The notes: generated by a model from the letters alone, not told the origin. A stretch of 63,273 bases of DNA, filler included, from Octopus bimaculoides (GCF_001194135.2; 6 parts of 5 records of this genome joined end to end with filler, not necessarily neighbours in it), one strand, 5' to 3'; positions 1-12,740 are shown, numbered from the whole stretch's first letter. Made by a program: numbers and translations.

Positions 1-335
1 ATGACTGAAACAAATAAAAGAATAAAAAAATATATATATATGTATTATGTGTATGATGCCCTTAGCTCCTGAAAGAGACGTAGGGCTGCCGTCGTCGCCA
101 AATACATCATATTTGCTGGTAATTTAAAACCTGCAGCAGCCCATCCCTAAATACTACAGATTTATTCCAGAGCAAAAGAGTGCGTATGATGATCATCATG
201 AAAAGAAAGAAGAGGAGGGGCGGATGTGGCGGCGACAGCGGCCAAGCGTTCGAAATGCACACATTATTTGGGCTATGGTGTTATATACCTCTTTGTCACA
301 AGCGAGAATTTTCTTTACCCATGACAAGCTACAAT

Positions 336-377
<42 letters not shown>

Positions 378-944
378 TGTGTGTGTGTGTGTGTGTGTGT
401 GCGCTTGCGCGCGTGTATATATATATATATATATAGCAGCGTATGTACACTTTGGTCTCTATATATTCTTATATTCTTTTACTTGTTTCAGTCATTTGAC
501 TGCGGCCATACTAGAGCACCGCCTTTAGTCGAGCAAATCGACCCCAGGACTTATTCTTTTTAAGCCTAGTACCTATTCTATCGGTCTCTTTTTGCCGAAC
601 CGCTAAGTTACGGGGACGTAAACACACCAGCATTGGGGTGGGAGACACANNNNNNNNNNNNNNNNNNNNNNNNNNNNNNNNNNNNNNNNNNNNNNNNNNN
701 NNNNNNNNNNNNNNNNNNNNNNNNNNNNNNNNNNNNNNNNNNNNNNNNNNNNNNNNNNNNNNNNNNNNNNNNNNNNNNNNNNNNNNNNNNNNNNNNNNNN
801 NNNNNNNNNNNNNNNNNNNNNNNNNNNNNNNNNNNNNNNNNNNNNNNNNNNNNNNNNNNNNNNNNNNNNNNNNNNNNNNNNNNNNNNNNNNNNNNNNNNN
901 NNNNNNNNNNNNNNNNNNNNNNNNNNNNNNNNNNNNNNNNNNNN

Positions 945-985
<41 letters not shown>

Positions 986-1165
986 TTCAAAAAAAGGAAA
1001 CACAACGTGAAGACATAGCACATGCAAAGTATTATTAAGACGCTCAGAGAAGGGAAGAAAAGCTGTTTAACGTTTCGAGCATAACTCTTCTTCGGAACAG
1101 GAAACAAAGGAAAGTCCAAAGGAAAAAGAAAAAAGAGGGGGAAAATCGCCAACAGTCCACATATA

Positions 1166-1773
1166 TAGAATTAATATAAACAGTAGGTTGCAATGTTTCA
1201 CCAAAGAGGAGAATTATAATTGTCACTAAATATGACGAGGGTGTTAAAAAACACCTACACTGCTAGAAATAGGAGCTAAAGTGCTCTCAAGCTATAGTTA
1301 AAGCACATGAATGAAAACATATACACTAACAGAGACCATAGTTGTCCGAATAATGCCGACCGAGAATTCTTAAGAGTGACGTCAGTTTCGGCAGTTTCCT
1401 TCGCCTCAACAGTTTCAGACCTGTTTCTCTATTAGTATATATGCTTTTGTCATCCAAATTAATGGATGATTTAGCGATTCGCTAATGTGTATACACAAAA
1501 TTAATATAAACAGCAGGTTACAATATTTCACCAAAAAGGAGAATTATAATTGTCACTAAATGTGACTAGGTTGTTAAAGAAACAACTACATTGCTAGAAA
1601 TAAGAGCTAAAGTGCTCTAATGCTGTAGTTAACACATGTGAACGAAAGCATATACATTAACAGGGACCATAATTGTCCGAAAAATGCCGACCGAGAATTC
1701 TTAAGAGTGACGTCAGTTTCGGCAGTTTCCTTCGCCTCAACAGTTTCAGACCTGTTTCTCTATTAGTATATAT
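1166..1773. repeat. Tandem direct repeat, ~330-bp period, two diverged copies
   Basis: ttaatataaacag at 1171 and 1501; shared 3' block gccgaccgagaattcttaagagtgacgtcagtttcggcag...ctattagtatat; the second copy runs into a gap. Confidence 0.9.
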
Positions 1774-2271
1774 NNNNNNNNNNNNNNNNNNNNNNNNNNN
1801 NNNNNNNNNNNNNNNNNNNNNNNNNNNNNNNNNNNNNNNNNNNNNNNNNNNNNNNNNNNNNNNNNNNNNNNNNNNNNNNNNNNNNNNNNNNNNNNNNNNN
1901 NNNNNNNNNNNNNNNNNNNNNNNNNNNNNNNNNNNNNNNNNNNNNNNNNNNNNNNNNNNNNNNNNNNNNNNNNNNNNNNNNNNNNNNNNATATATATATA
2001 TACACATACATGTGTGTGTATGTGTGTGTGTGTGTGTGTGTGTCTGTGTATAAAATTAGATTAAAGGGATATTACCCTGGCGGTAACCATACTTCCTTTC
2101 AAGTCTGTTTCAGATGCTGGCTAACCACAACAGTCCTTATGTGAAACCCGAGCTAACAATAACTGTTAGGCCCTGGTGAGTTTTCTCGATGGGTAATTCC
2201 GTGTGACCTGTTCAGAACTGCATATGTTCCGTAGAGTAAGTAATAGTATTAATAATGATAAAGAAAACCGA

Positions 2272-3008
2272 GATTTTTTCACATCCATAATTTACAGCAT
2301 CTTTTCAGGACCTACACTTGTTTCAACTGCACCGACTGCTGTAAGATAGTAACAAAATATATTCGATAGGCTGGCATATTAAAAAAAATAGAGAGCAGGA
2401 GATGTGTAGAAGAAATATTTAAAAAAAACTGCAAAATTTAATCTAATAAATACAAGGCAGGAACGTGCTCTAAGATGCCTTCATACAAGAAAATTTACAT
2501 TTAAACGATTTAAATAAACACATTTCACTTTATATAATAATAAAGATTATTAAAGTAACAATTGAAAAACCAGGAACCAAAAGAAAAATTAATCAAACGT
2601 AATAGAATACCTTTTCATTAAGAATATACTCTTTGCAACGAGTGGAATAAAAAAAAAAAGACTTTTAATATTAATGATAAATCTACATAAACATTCAATC
2701 CAACCATTACCTATTTTTAGGACTATGTTTCGTTTCACCTACCACATTTAATAGAGGTGAACCCTAGATCAAGATTCCTACGACTATTAATAGTGGCAGC
2801 CCTATCTCCCACAAAACATTTTATCCAGTTTGTTGATTCCTTCAGTTTTACTTCAAAACGACAGAGGGTGAGGACCCTGATTAAACGGCAGCGACCATGA
2901 TGCTTGGCTGCATATCCAACAGTGTGCAATCGTTACAATTGAAACAAGTGTAGATCCCGATAAGATGCTGTAAATAACTGTTAAATAAAATTATGGATGT
3001 GAAAAATC
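2272..3008. repeat. Inverted repeat pair (~56-70 bp) flanking ~600 bp
   Basis: 2272-2327 reverse-complements 2939-3008 (ttgaaacaagtgtag.tcc.ga.aagatgctgtaaat...tatggatgtgaaaaatc). Confidence 0.65.
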
Positions 3009-3204
3009 ACCGTTCTCCTTATCATTATTAATACTATGTGTGTGTGTGATTGTGTGTGTATGTGTGTGTGTGTGAGTGTTAGTGTGTGTATGCATGGTAG
3101 CGTGTGTGTGTATGGCAGTAGCTGCGTGCGTGTGTACGTGATAGCGTGTATGAAATCGACCCCAGGACTTATTCCTTGTAAGCTTGGTACTTATTCTTGG
3201 TACT

Positions 3205-4088
3205 TATTCTTTTTGGTTTGACGGGCAACATTTTTCATTTATGTTTTATGTAGTGTTTTTGGTACTGAAACACTTTCAAATTTCGTATACTTGTATATTT
3301 TGTGTTATAGAACAGATAAAAAAATTTTTATTCGAAGTTATTTCATGTAAAAAATTGTCGTATTTCGGTAATTTCAACCAATCACTGACGTCTATTGAGG
3401 CGAAAACAATTACTGCCATAGAATGTAAACAACATATTCTAACGGTGTTATGGGATTTTTTCCCCGGAATAAAATTAGTGCCGTTGTTTGTCAACAACAA
3501 CTATCGGCGGTACTGTTATTTATAACATCGTTCGTGCGTTTGTACTGGTTTTAGCTTTAGGGTTTTAGGGTTAGGGTTCCGGTTTTAGAGTTAAAGTTAG
3601 TTTTAGGGTTACGGTTAGGGTTATGATTATTTTTGCCATAACCTCACTCATAACCCTAACCCTAACACCCTATAACTCATACCTATAACACTAACCCTAA
3701 CCCCAACTCTAACCCTAAAACCCTAACCCTAACTCTAAAACCCGAACCCTAACCCAAACGCACGAACGATGTTATAAATAACTAACGCCGATAGTTGTTG
3801 TTGACAAACAACGGCACTAATTTTATTCAAGGGAAAAGATTCCATAACACCGTTAGAATTTGTTGTTTACATTCTACGGCAGTAATTATTTTCACCTCAA
3901 TAGACGTCAGTGATTGGTTGAAATTACACAAATACGACAACTTTAACATGAAATAACTTATTAAGAACTAATCTTTGTTAAGAAGGCTAAGCGAAAAAGA
4001 TGTTTTATATGACACATTCTACCAGTATCCCAAGTTTGAAAGTGTTTCGTTAAGAAAACAAGTGTTGCCCGTCAAACCAAAAAGATCC
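3205..4088. mobile_element. Second member of the telomeric-repeat fold-back MITE family, inserted in a SINE
   Basis: TIR ctttttggtttgacgggcaaca / tgttgcccgtcaaaccaaaaagatcc; outer arms homologous to 40973-41544; degenerate TTAGGG repeats ~3557-3622 then CCCTAA repeats ~3638-3755; left terminus and TSD eroded. Confidence 0.8.
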
Positions 4089-4499
4089 CGTCCTTTTGCT
4101 GAACCGCTAAGTTATGGGGACGTAAACACACTAACATTGGTTCCCAAGCGATGGAGACGGGGGACAAATACAGACACAAACACACAAGTATGTGTGTGTG
4201 TGTGTATGTGTGTGTGCGTGTCTGTGCCATGTATGTGAATCTTTATGTCTGTGTTTGTCCCCCATCATCGCTAGACAATCGGTGTTGTGTTTACGCCCCC
4301 GTAAATTAGCGGATCGGCAAAGAAGCCAATAGAATAAGTACTAGGCTTAAAAATTGTTCGACAAAACACTTCAAGGCGGTACTCCAGCGTGGCCGCAGTC
4401 AAATGACTGAAACAAGAAAAAGAGTTAAAGAATGTGTGTGTGTGTGTGTGAGAGAGAGAGTGTGTGTGTGTGCGCGCGCGCGTGTGTGCGTAACATATG

Positions 4500-4640
4500 C
4501 AAGCGCAGGAGTGGCTATGTGGTAAGAAACTTGCTTCCCAACCACATGGTTCCAGGTTCAGTCCCACTGCGTGATACACTTGAGCAAGTGTCTTCTACTA
4601 TAGCCTCTGGCCGACCAGAGCCTTTTGAGTGGATTTGGTA
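4500..4640 (+). mobile_element. SINE family A, 5' half
   Basis: gcgcaggagtggctatgtggtaag...ggttcagtcccactg...gacggaaactgaaa. Other partial copies lie at ~460-648(-), 4250-4420, 8300-8430(-), 25280-25438(-), 32440-32652 and 56090-56245. Confidence 0.75.
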
Positions 4641-4670
4641 GACGGAAACTGAAAAAACTTNNNNNNNNNN

Positions 4671-4704
<34 letters not shown>

Positions 4705-4734
4705 TTGATTAACATAATGATAGGGACATAGACG

Positions 4735-6200
4735 TAATTATGTACGTTAGGTAAACGCTGCTGTTCAATAAAGGTTCGGCGTGGATCAAACAAACTGACT
4801 CGTAGGTTCCATGGATGTGGTGATGGGAATTTTCGTCAACGAAGACAGATGTGACCTTATAGCATTATATATACTGGACACCTTAACGAAGAGGTTTCCG
4901 TCGGTCCGTTTTGGTCTATACAGAGTTGACGCTTTAGCCATCTCTAGAGGAGCTAACGGACATAGACTCATGAGGGAACTCATCCGCACCCTTAGCCCCA
5001 TTGGACTCAAACCCATTGTCAACTTTTTAGACGTTACGATTGCCCCGGGTACCTACTCACACAGGCCCTACCGCAAACCAAACGAAAGGCTGCCGTACAT
5101 TAACACAGCCTCTGCTACCCACCTATCGTATTCAAGAATCTATTGAAGGGTGTCAGCAAGAGGATTTCGAATCTTCCTCTAGTCAAGAAATTTTAGACAC
5201 CGCAGCCCCTTATTACAATGAGGTTTGGTGTCCAGTGGGTTTAAGGACCGCATCTCCTATACGCCGGGCTCTAATACTTGCAAAAGGAAACGCCACCGTA
5301 AGGCCGTTTACGTTGCCTCGCCCTTCTCATTCAACATTAAAACTTGCGCTGGAAAGATATTCCTTAGATTAGTTGGAAAACAGTCACACAGATTGGAGCG
5401 TTTGCTTAATAGACACAAAATAAGAGTCTCTTTCAATTGTATACCAAGCATTAAAAAAATATCAGTGAGCATCCCTCAACCACGAGCAGAGGCATGATAA
5501 TCATGTAGGGTTTACAATGAATACCCAATGGAGGGAGTGAGGTCGATGCAACTCCGAGGGTGTAGTGTATGAGATTGAGATGGTGACCGGCACTGGCAAC
5601 AACAGCGACAGCGTTGGCAACAACAACAGCAACAGTACCAACAACACATCCGCCGATAACAACAACAACGGTGACCGCAATTATAGCAGCGATAGCGGCG
5701 GCAGTCTCACCAGCAGCGCGTCGAGCAGCAGAAGCAGCAGAGGCAGTCACAGCAGCAATACCAACAGCTACAACCGCGGCAACAGCACCAGCAATGCACC
5801 AGGCAGTTGCAGCTACAGCAGCGGAAACTGCGACATCAGGATCGCCTAGGTCGACACCAGCAACAACACCGGCGGCAGCAACGACAACAGCATCAATACA
5901 ACATCGGACCCAGTTGTGATAGGAACTTCGGCAGCGTTAACGACAGCAACAACAATAGCGGCTTAACACCACCAGCACAAGAGCACAGATGTCGGTTCCA
6001 CAAGCGGCCCGTTCAGTTGGCGTCTGAGTAACCAGAGGTCCTCTTTAGGATACCAGAAAGGCGCAACATCATGTTCCTGGCTAGTTACGCATAACTTTAA
6101 AAGAGGGGGTACGCCATGCATAATTAAATGAAAGTCCCTAGAACAACCAGGGCTATACTGCAACGGGAGCAAACAATGATCCAGGGACATCTTTAAACTG
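4735..6200 (+). mobile_element. Degenerate Penelope-like element (GLYRDDGL-type RT, probably Naiad-like)
   Basis: TLLFNKG.AWIK, DVVMG, RFGLYRVDAL, VNFLDVT, PYRKPN..YIN, SGFKDRISY..KRKRHR...SPFSFNIKTCAGKIFL..LNRHKIRVSFNC. Followed by a low-complexity CAA/GCA tract and faint GIY-YIG remnants (C-R..., LVTHNFKR). Frameshifted; the 3' boundary is approximate. Confidence 0.65.
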
Positions 6201-7321
6201 AAAAAGAAAAAAAAACGAGGTGTTTAGTCTATGCTCTCTTCAGAAGACAGTCCTGTTGCAAACATGGAAGTCTCCATTCGCAGACTAGGAAATTGCTACC
6301 AATTTCCAAAGTAGTCGTTGTTGACACGGCTGGAACCGATGTAATGAGGACAACTCCATCCCACCGAAGACTGCACAAATAGGGCTTCGTTCCGGAAATT
6401 TTTTGTTTACAAAATTAACTGACCGTGATGTTTTCCTCTCTCCAGTTGTAGAGAGGTTATGTGCCTCCGACCATTTGAGTCAGACGAGTCACCTTATTCT
6501 GCTAGGCGTTTTATAGGTGCGTAACAATAGAGACCGATAAAATAAGTACCAGGCTTTTAAAAAAATACTAGAGTCGGTTCTTTCGACTAAAAAGCTCTTC
6601 AAAGTGATACCCCAACATAGCTTCAGTCTAATGACTGAAATTAGTAAAAGAAAAAGGTAAAGATTGTCGCCAACTCACAATAAACATTTAAAGCAGTCTT
6701 GGTAACTACTTTTCAAAATACCAATGCACTCCTGGATAAAAATAAAAGCGATTGACTGTAACTGACGATCTTTTAAGTCCAACCCAGCTCTTTGATCAAA
6801 CAGCCATATGATCAAAAACATTCCAAATGTGGTCATCTCATTCTTGTTTTTCTTGTTTAAAACAGTTTGTGGGATTTGGAGGAAATATGACTGCTATTTC
6901 TAGCAAAGGAAGCGACAACGTAGGGGCTCTTTTTTCTCCTTTATTTATTTATTTTTTTATGGTAGTCATCTGACAGTTGGTATAATACTTATACATGCTT
7001 ATACAACTCTGGTTACCCATTTCAGCTACTTAGGGTCTTACATTATGGCACTCCCATTTAAAATGGGTCTGAATCTAGGAACAAGTGAAATACCATTAAA
7101 TTCCAATATTACACTGGGATTTAGCAGAGCTTCATTTTCATGCCTTTTTTTTTCTTTTTTATAGTATCTGGAGGGAGGGACAGTACCCACCGAAACTGTT
7201 GTAATTAACGTGCATAATTGTTCCGCCAAGCTCGTATCATTGTGTTTCTGAAGCTCCAGTCATCCGCTTTCCAACAAGCTACCTTCGGAAATCAGATAGA
7301 TCGTGCATTTTAACTTATCTA

Positions 7322-7510
7322 TCTTTTATCCTTTACTTGTTTCAGTCATTAGACTTCTTTCAGTTTCCATCTACTAAATCCACTCATAAAGCTTTTGTCG
7401 GCCTCAGGCTATAGTAAAAGACTTGTCCAAGGTGCCACGCAGTAGTTCTGAACCCGGAACCATGTGATTGGGAAGCAAACTTCTTATCACATAGCCTCAC
7501 CTGCGCCTAT
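7322..7510 (-). mobile_element. SINE family A, internally deleted
   Basis: Head (ggcgcaggtgaggctatgtg) fused to tail (actgaaacaagtaaaggataaaaga) on the minus strand. Confidence 0.7.
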
Positions 7511-10500
7511 AAATATCTGCTAAAAATTAAATTAAATTAAATAGAAGGTTGTAGCAAGAAATAAAAGACATACATAACGCATACACATACAAGGAGAGTT
7601 TTGAATTAGTTGTATTACCAATAGAAAAGAAAGTATGCTTAATTAAAAAGTAGTGAATCCATTATTTTGTCTATATCTGTATGATATATAAATGATATCA
7701 TCAGATTTGTATCATGGGTGGACTGACTATAAGAGACGGTGCTCAGTTACCTTTTGAAACGTATGTTTGGGCGTACACGTAGTTCTCTCCCTTCACTCTC
7801 AATATATTGTGTGTGTGTGTGCGTCCGTCTGTGTGTGTCAGTGTGCGTGCACGTAAGTAAGCTTGTACGTATGCATATTTCAATGTATGTACATATAAAA
7901 CGATGATAACAACAACAATAATAATAATAATCATAATTGCTCGAGATCGGCAATTTCGGGGAGGAGGTAAATCGATATCATCGACCCAGCATTCAACTGG
8001 TACTCCTTATTTTATGGACCCTGAAAGGATGAAAGGTAAAGTCGACCTCAACAATCTTTAATTGTATATTACAACATATGTTCCTGTACCCCACACCAGC
8101 GTTAAATTTTAATTTTCATATTCATATAGCATTATTTAAGACCAGCAATGCACTCCGGCGTTACCCGGGTGTTATGACCTACAGCCATATTGTATTATTT
8201 ATTCTTCTCTTATGAGCAGAATCGGCACACGAGGTATATGAAGCAAACAACTCTTCTTTATAAACATGTTTTTCGGTCATTTTCTGATGAACAACACTGC
8301 AGTTTCCGTCAACCAAATTCAGCCACAAGTCTGTGATTGGCCTAGGACTATAGTGGAAAACACTTGCCTAAGGTATCATGCAGAGGGACTGAACGTGGTA
8401 CCATGTGGTTGGGAAGCAAACTTCTCGACCACATTCTTTCACCTAATGTGTGTGTGATTACGATTGTTGTTAAATCGAGTATTGTGTCCCACTATGTCTC
8501 AAAGTTAGCAGTTCATCAAGCAGAGATCTATAAAATAAATGCCAGACTGAAATACGTACTGAGGTCAGTATGATCAATTAAATTTTTGAAGGTGATACCC
8601 CATCATGGCGACGGTCGAAAGACTAAACCCAGTAAAATAATGTTTAAAGACTTAATTGCTTCAAATTTAAGGTAATGAATAATGAATTCAAAACTTCGTA
8701 TTGAACTTCCACTCTATACGATAACACGATATGTACATCTCAGTCTACTTGACTTCCAACAATTAACAATTGTAATTTGAAGTTGAATGGTTAGCAGTAT
8801 GAAAGATGTCTAGATTTCTTTAAAAATTATTGAACAAAATATTCTGAGAAAAAGTAATTTTCTCACCACAACAAAACACACACAGAGACAGAAGTATGTC
8901 TGTGGTAACTTGAGCTACTACAAATCTTTCTTAAAACACCCTTTCATCAAAAGATTTACAGTATCTCAAGAAGAAAACGCAAAAGAACTATGTGATGGGT
9001 CTGCTACATCAGAGACAACTCTAGACTAAACAAAGCACAGACAAACATATTTCACCTGAAAAGATTATCTACTAAATAATATTAATAAAGTTGACAGCAT
9101 ATCTTCGGAGTTTCATTCCCTGGTAAGACTCCATGTATTTTAAACATTTTCTCATTATGCTCTATCTAAGGTCGTTCAGGCAGAGTTGCCTCGCTTAGAT
9201 AAAGACCTCAAAATTGTGCTTCTCGACCTCGTTTTCGAGGTTATTTTTGTAGTGAAATAGAGTTGTGCAAATACATACTTTATTTGGTAGCCGGAAGATT
9301 ACTGAATCTTTTGATACCTCATACGTCAAAATCGGTAACTCAGTTTTCGAATCCATAAGGAACATACGCACGCGCACACACACACACAAACTCTGCTTTA
9401 TACATTAAGATTACTCTTAATAATTGTATATTTGAATATTTTTAACAGCTTTGTGTGATCCAGGAGTCGCCAAAGGGGGTCCGAGGGACCCCGTAGGGGT
9501 AGCTGAGCAATTACAGAGGGTCGATGGTAGCCAAAGGGTTGAATGGGGGTCAACGTGCGAAAGACTAGCTCACCCAGATGAAACGTGGGAAAGCATGATA
9601 AATTTTCACTGCAGCGAAAAGTCTGCTGTTGCTAACGTTCGAGGCCTGATGTCGTAATCTGTATCGAAATCGAAGACTGAGAGGTATTATTGAGGAGATG
9701 CGGACTGTCGAGTGTTTGCTTATAGAAATTGCCTGAACCTGGAGGAACGAGGTGATTTGAGACTGAATCTGACGGACATTCATAAAAATTGAAAGTATAC
9801 TCCAACACGTAGTTTTAAATGTAAAAAGTGAATCATCTGCAATAGATTTTCTTAATTTGTTGTACATGTATATTTTAGCTAACATTTTAATTGTCAGCAT
9901 CAGTACCCGGTACGCATTTAAGATATGATACGTGAAGGTAAGGTAATAAGGTATCTTAAATGAGGAGGGGGCGATGCAGAAGGAAAAGTGGCTAAAGGGG
10001 TTGATGCGGAAGAAGTGGCTAAAGGGGGTCGATGGCGAAAAAGTTTGGCAACTCCTGGTGATCACTTCATCGGGTGGAGTTCGAAAAAGATTGTACAGAA
10101 CTGTCCACCAATCAAATGATTTCATTCCGTTAGTGGGCGTTTCTTACGAATAACAAAAGAAACAGAAACAAAAACTCAGCATAATAATTGCAACTACAAC
10201 AATAATACAACTGATACCTACAATACCAGGAACATTGTAACCAACCTGCTACTAGTTATGGTGAAGGAAAACAGATGATAAGGAACCCCATTTAAGTGAA
10301 TGTGTTGTTCAGATGAAAGTGAAGAAAGATAAGAACAAAAAGTGCGATTAAATGGCTAGTTTGATTTTAGACGCCTAATCTAAATTATTTTATCAGCACT
10401 CTTCTTCAAAAAAATAAATCACTTCCAGTAATCTTTTGAGATTTGTGTTATTTCTATTTTTTAGTTTTTTTTATGGCTCCCAATGCCTTCGTCACGCTTC

Positions 10501-10859
10501 ACTCGCTTTCACTTATTTCAACTTACTTTTCTTTTTGACCTCCTCTTCCCATCGTCTTAAAGAGCTTTACTGTCTAGTGTTAGCCTTTTTTCACTTTTAC
10601 CAAAATATTACTCTTCCTGTGTATATTGTTCATTTTAGCAGCTCTTAACATAACCCAGAAATTCTCTTTAGATTGTTATAACTCCCGTGATTCGACTTTT
10701 TATATATATACTCATGATCATTGGTGATTCCGATGGGCACTTTGGGTTTAAATGTAATCTTTTCAAAAAACGTATTGATTTATATAAATAACAAGCCTTG
10801 ACTATCGGGATCGACTCAAAAAGCTTTGCTCTCTCCACCACCGTTGTGAGCTCTATATC

Positions 10860-11177
10860 ATCTGTATGATGTGGAAAATATTCCATCAACATTGCCCATC
10901 TTTAAAATTTGTCCGAGGCTTGGCCCCCGTGTCATCCGTCCACTACAGAAATGTTCATGTCATATCACAACACTATGACAGAACTATTTCACCTCAATTG
11001 GCCCTACTCTCTTCAACATCGTGCCAGACACACATAAAGGAGGAAAGTGACTTCACGGCATTCAAACGATCCCTAGATGATTACCCCCAACAAATACCAG
11101 ATAAACCATCCACACCCAGATATGTCTCTGAAAGCAATAACCCTCTGTTTGAATGGGCGACGGTTCCCCAGAGCTGA
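10860..11177 (+). mobile_element. CR1/L2-like LINE 3' coding remnant
   Basis: IKEESDFTAFKRSLDDYPQQIPDKPSTPRY..SNNPLFEW resembles the CR1-type C-terminal FK..LD.FL..IPD.P..PGY...NSL.W block. Confidence 0.5.
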
Positions 11178-11699
11178 CTGTGTATCTCTTCCAGGTGGTG
11201 CTATTAAATTAAATATGGCCTGAGTCAACTTCGGCCGAAACTTATCTAAGTAATCTAATCTACGCTGTAACCTTTTAATCAAAGCATGACAACGTGGGTA
11301 GAGGCTGATATCTTAACATTTCTGATGGTCTTAAGTATAAAAAAAAGTGATTAAAGATTTATATAGAACTACATTCAGAGTATGTCTATAAGCTATTGTG
11401 TTTAGACCTGGTTTCTATCCTCAAACTGTTCCGTTTTTTAGATGCAATATTTATTTTTTTTAATAAAGCACTCCGAAATTAGAAAAATAAAAAAATCTGC
11501 AAACATCTCGGTCCCATGAGTATCGGATAATGAATTTTCAACTGTGCAAAGAAACTGATTGTGGTGATCGTGGTTTTGACGGTGATTGTGGTGAAAGCAG
11601 AGACAGTGTTGATGATAACGATGGTCGAGATAAGTATGGGAGGAGGTTATGTTTTTGGCTGCGTTGGTTTGGGAAATTGGGCGATTTTCAGCATGCATG

Positions 11700-12688
11700 T
11701 ATATGGATGTGTAGAGAACGACCGTGCGAACCAAAGGAGAATGGCGACGAACAGGAGAGGCTCCTTTTAACGCGTCGCACGGTCGACACAAAAACATGTA
11801 ATATAACATAAGAGTACTCGCATATGAGATGCGAGGAAATGCCAGCAAAGGAAAGAGAGAGAGACACAACCGTTAGGTACATATAAAGAATAAGTTTATT
11901 AGGGTAGTCAACTGTGTGTCTGTGTGTGCGTGCATGCGGCAATATAAATAGCACAATATGTATAAATATGTGTGTATAAACAATAGTATGTATAAATATG
12001 TGTGTGAATGTGAATGAGAAATACAGAGCATGGAATAAAAGTCTGTAACACAGTAGATAAGCGTCCTGAACAAAGATAAGAAAGTACCAGTTCATAGTAG
12101 AGTTACACAGCAGAGTGAATGTCTGTAAGAGGTTGTGGCCGAATAGCAGAGCTGAAGTGTCACATGTTGTGTGTGAAGTTGAGCTTCGATGTTGCGACCG
12201 GTTAATTGGTATAGAAGATTCTCGCAGGTTGTTCTGACTGTTATTTTTGTGGTGGAAACAATCCACACAGTGTTGAGAAGGAACTGCTGTTGCTGTTGGT
12301 AGTGTGCACGCTGGCGACGAGACTGTAGTAAACAGTAGGACGGTGGTGTTGACGTCGTCGCTGGAAACTGGCTGGTTGGTGTGTAGTCAAACGACCAGAC
12401 CTGTGAGAGGTCTGAAATCGAAGACAAACTGGCGTGGATAAAAGAGGACTATTTATAGGAAAAAAAGGGGCTCCAAAAACAGCAGAAAAACACTCTCTCA
12501 CGTGACCTTATCAGAAGGCCACGATTGGTTGATGTTCACCCTGACGCGAAACAGAGCTGGAGACAAATGCCGCGCAAATAAGAGCCAATCAGGGTGATGG
12601 ACACAGCAGGGTTCAAACGAGCCGAAAGCTAGATGTTAGCCACTACGTTCGCATTTGTAAATAAATACCCGAGAGAGGTTTCACTACA
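11700..12688 (-). mobile_element. Truncated relative of the LTR element (shared internal region, different LTR-like end 12324-12688)
   Basis: 11710-11800 and 12000-12300 align with 15298-15400 and 15540-15770; 12324-12688 is bounded by tgtagtaaac...gtttcactaca and has CCTATAAATAG on the minus strand. No second LTR or TSD found. Confidence 0.4.
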
Positions 12689-12704
12689 GATGGAAATGAG
12701 CTGC

Positions 12705-12740
12705 TTGGCGGAGGTCTGCGCTCTCCGAATGCTTTTCTAG
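12705..12740 (+). mobile_element. Helitron-like 3' terminus
   Basis: Hairpin cggag/ctccg (12709-12727) followed 9 nt later by CTAG, then T. Confidence 0.35.

Noticed and set aside
3557-3755. Telomere-fusion scar or chromosome end
   Set aside because: The repeats lie at the centre of a TIR-bounded multi-copy element.
9070-9412. Helentron-associated (HINE-like) element
   Set aside because: Only an 8-bp internal IR and a (CA)n tract; the termini cannot be defined from one copy.
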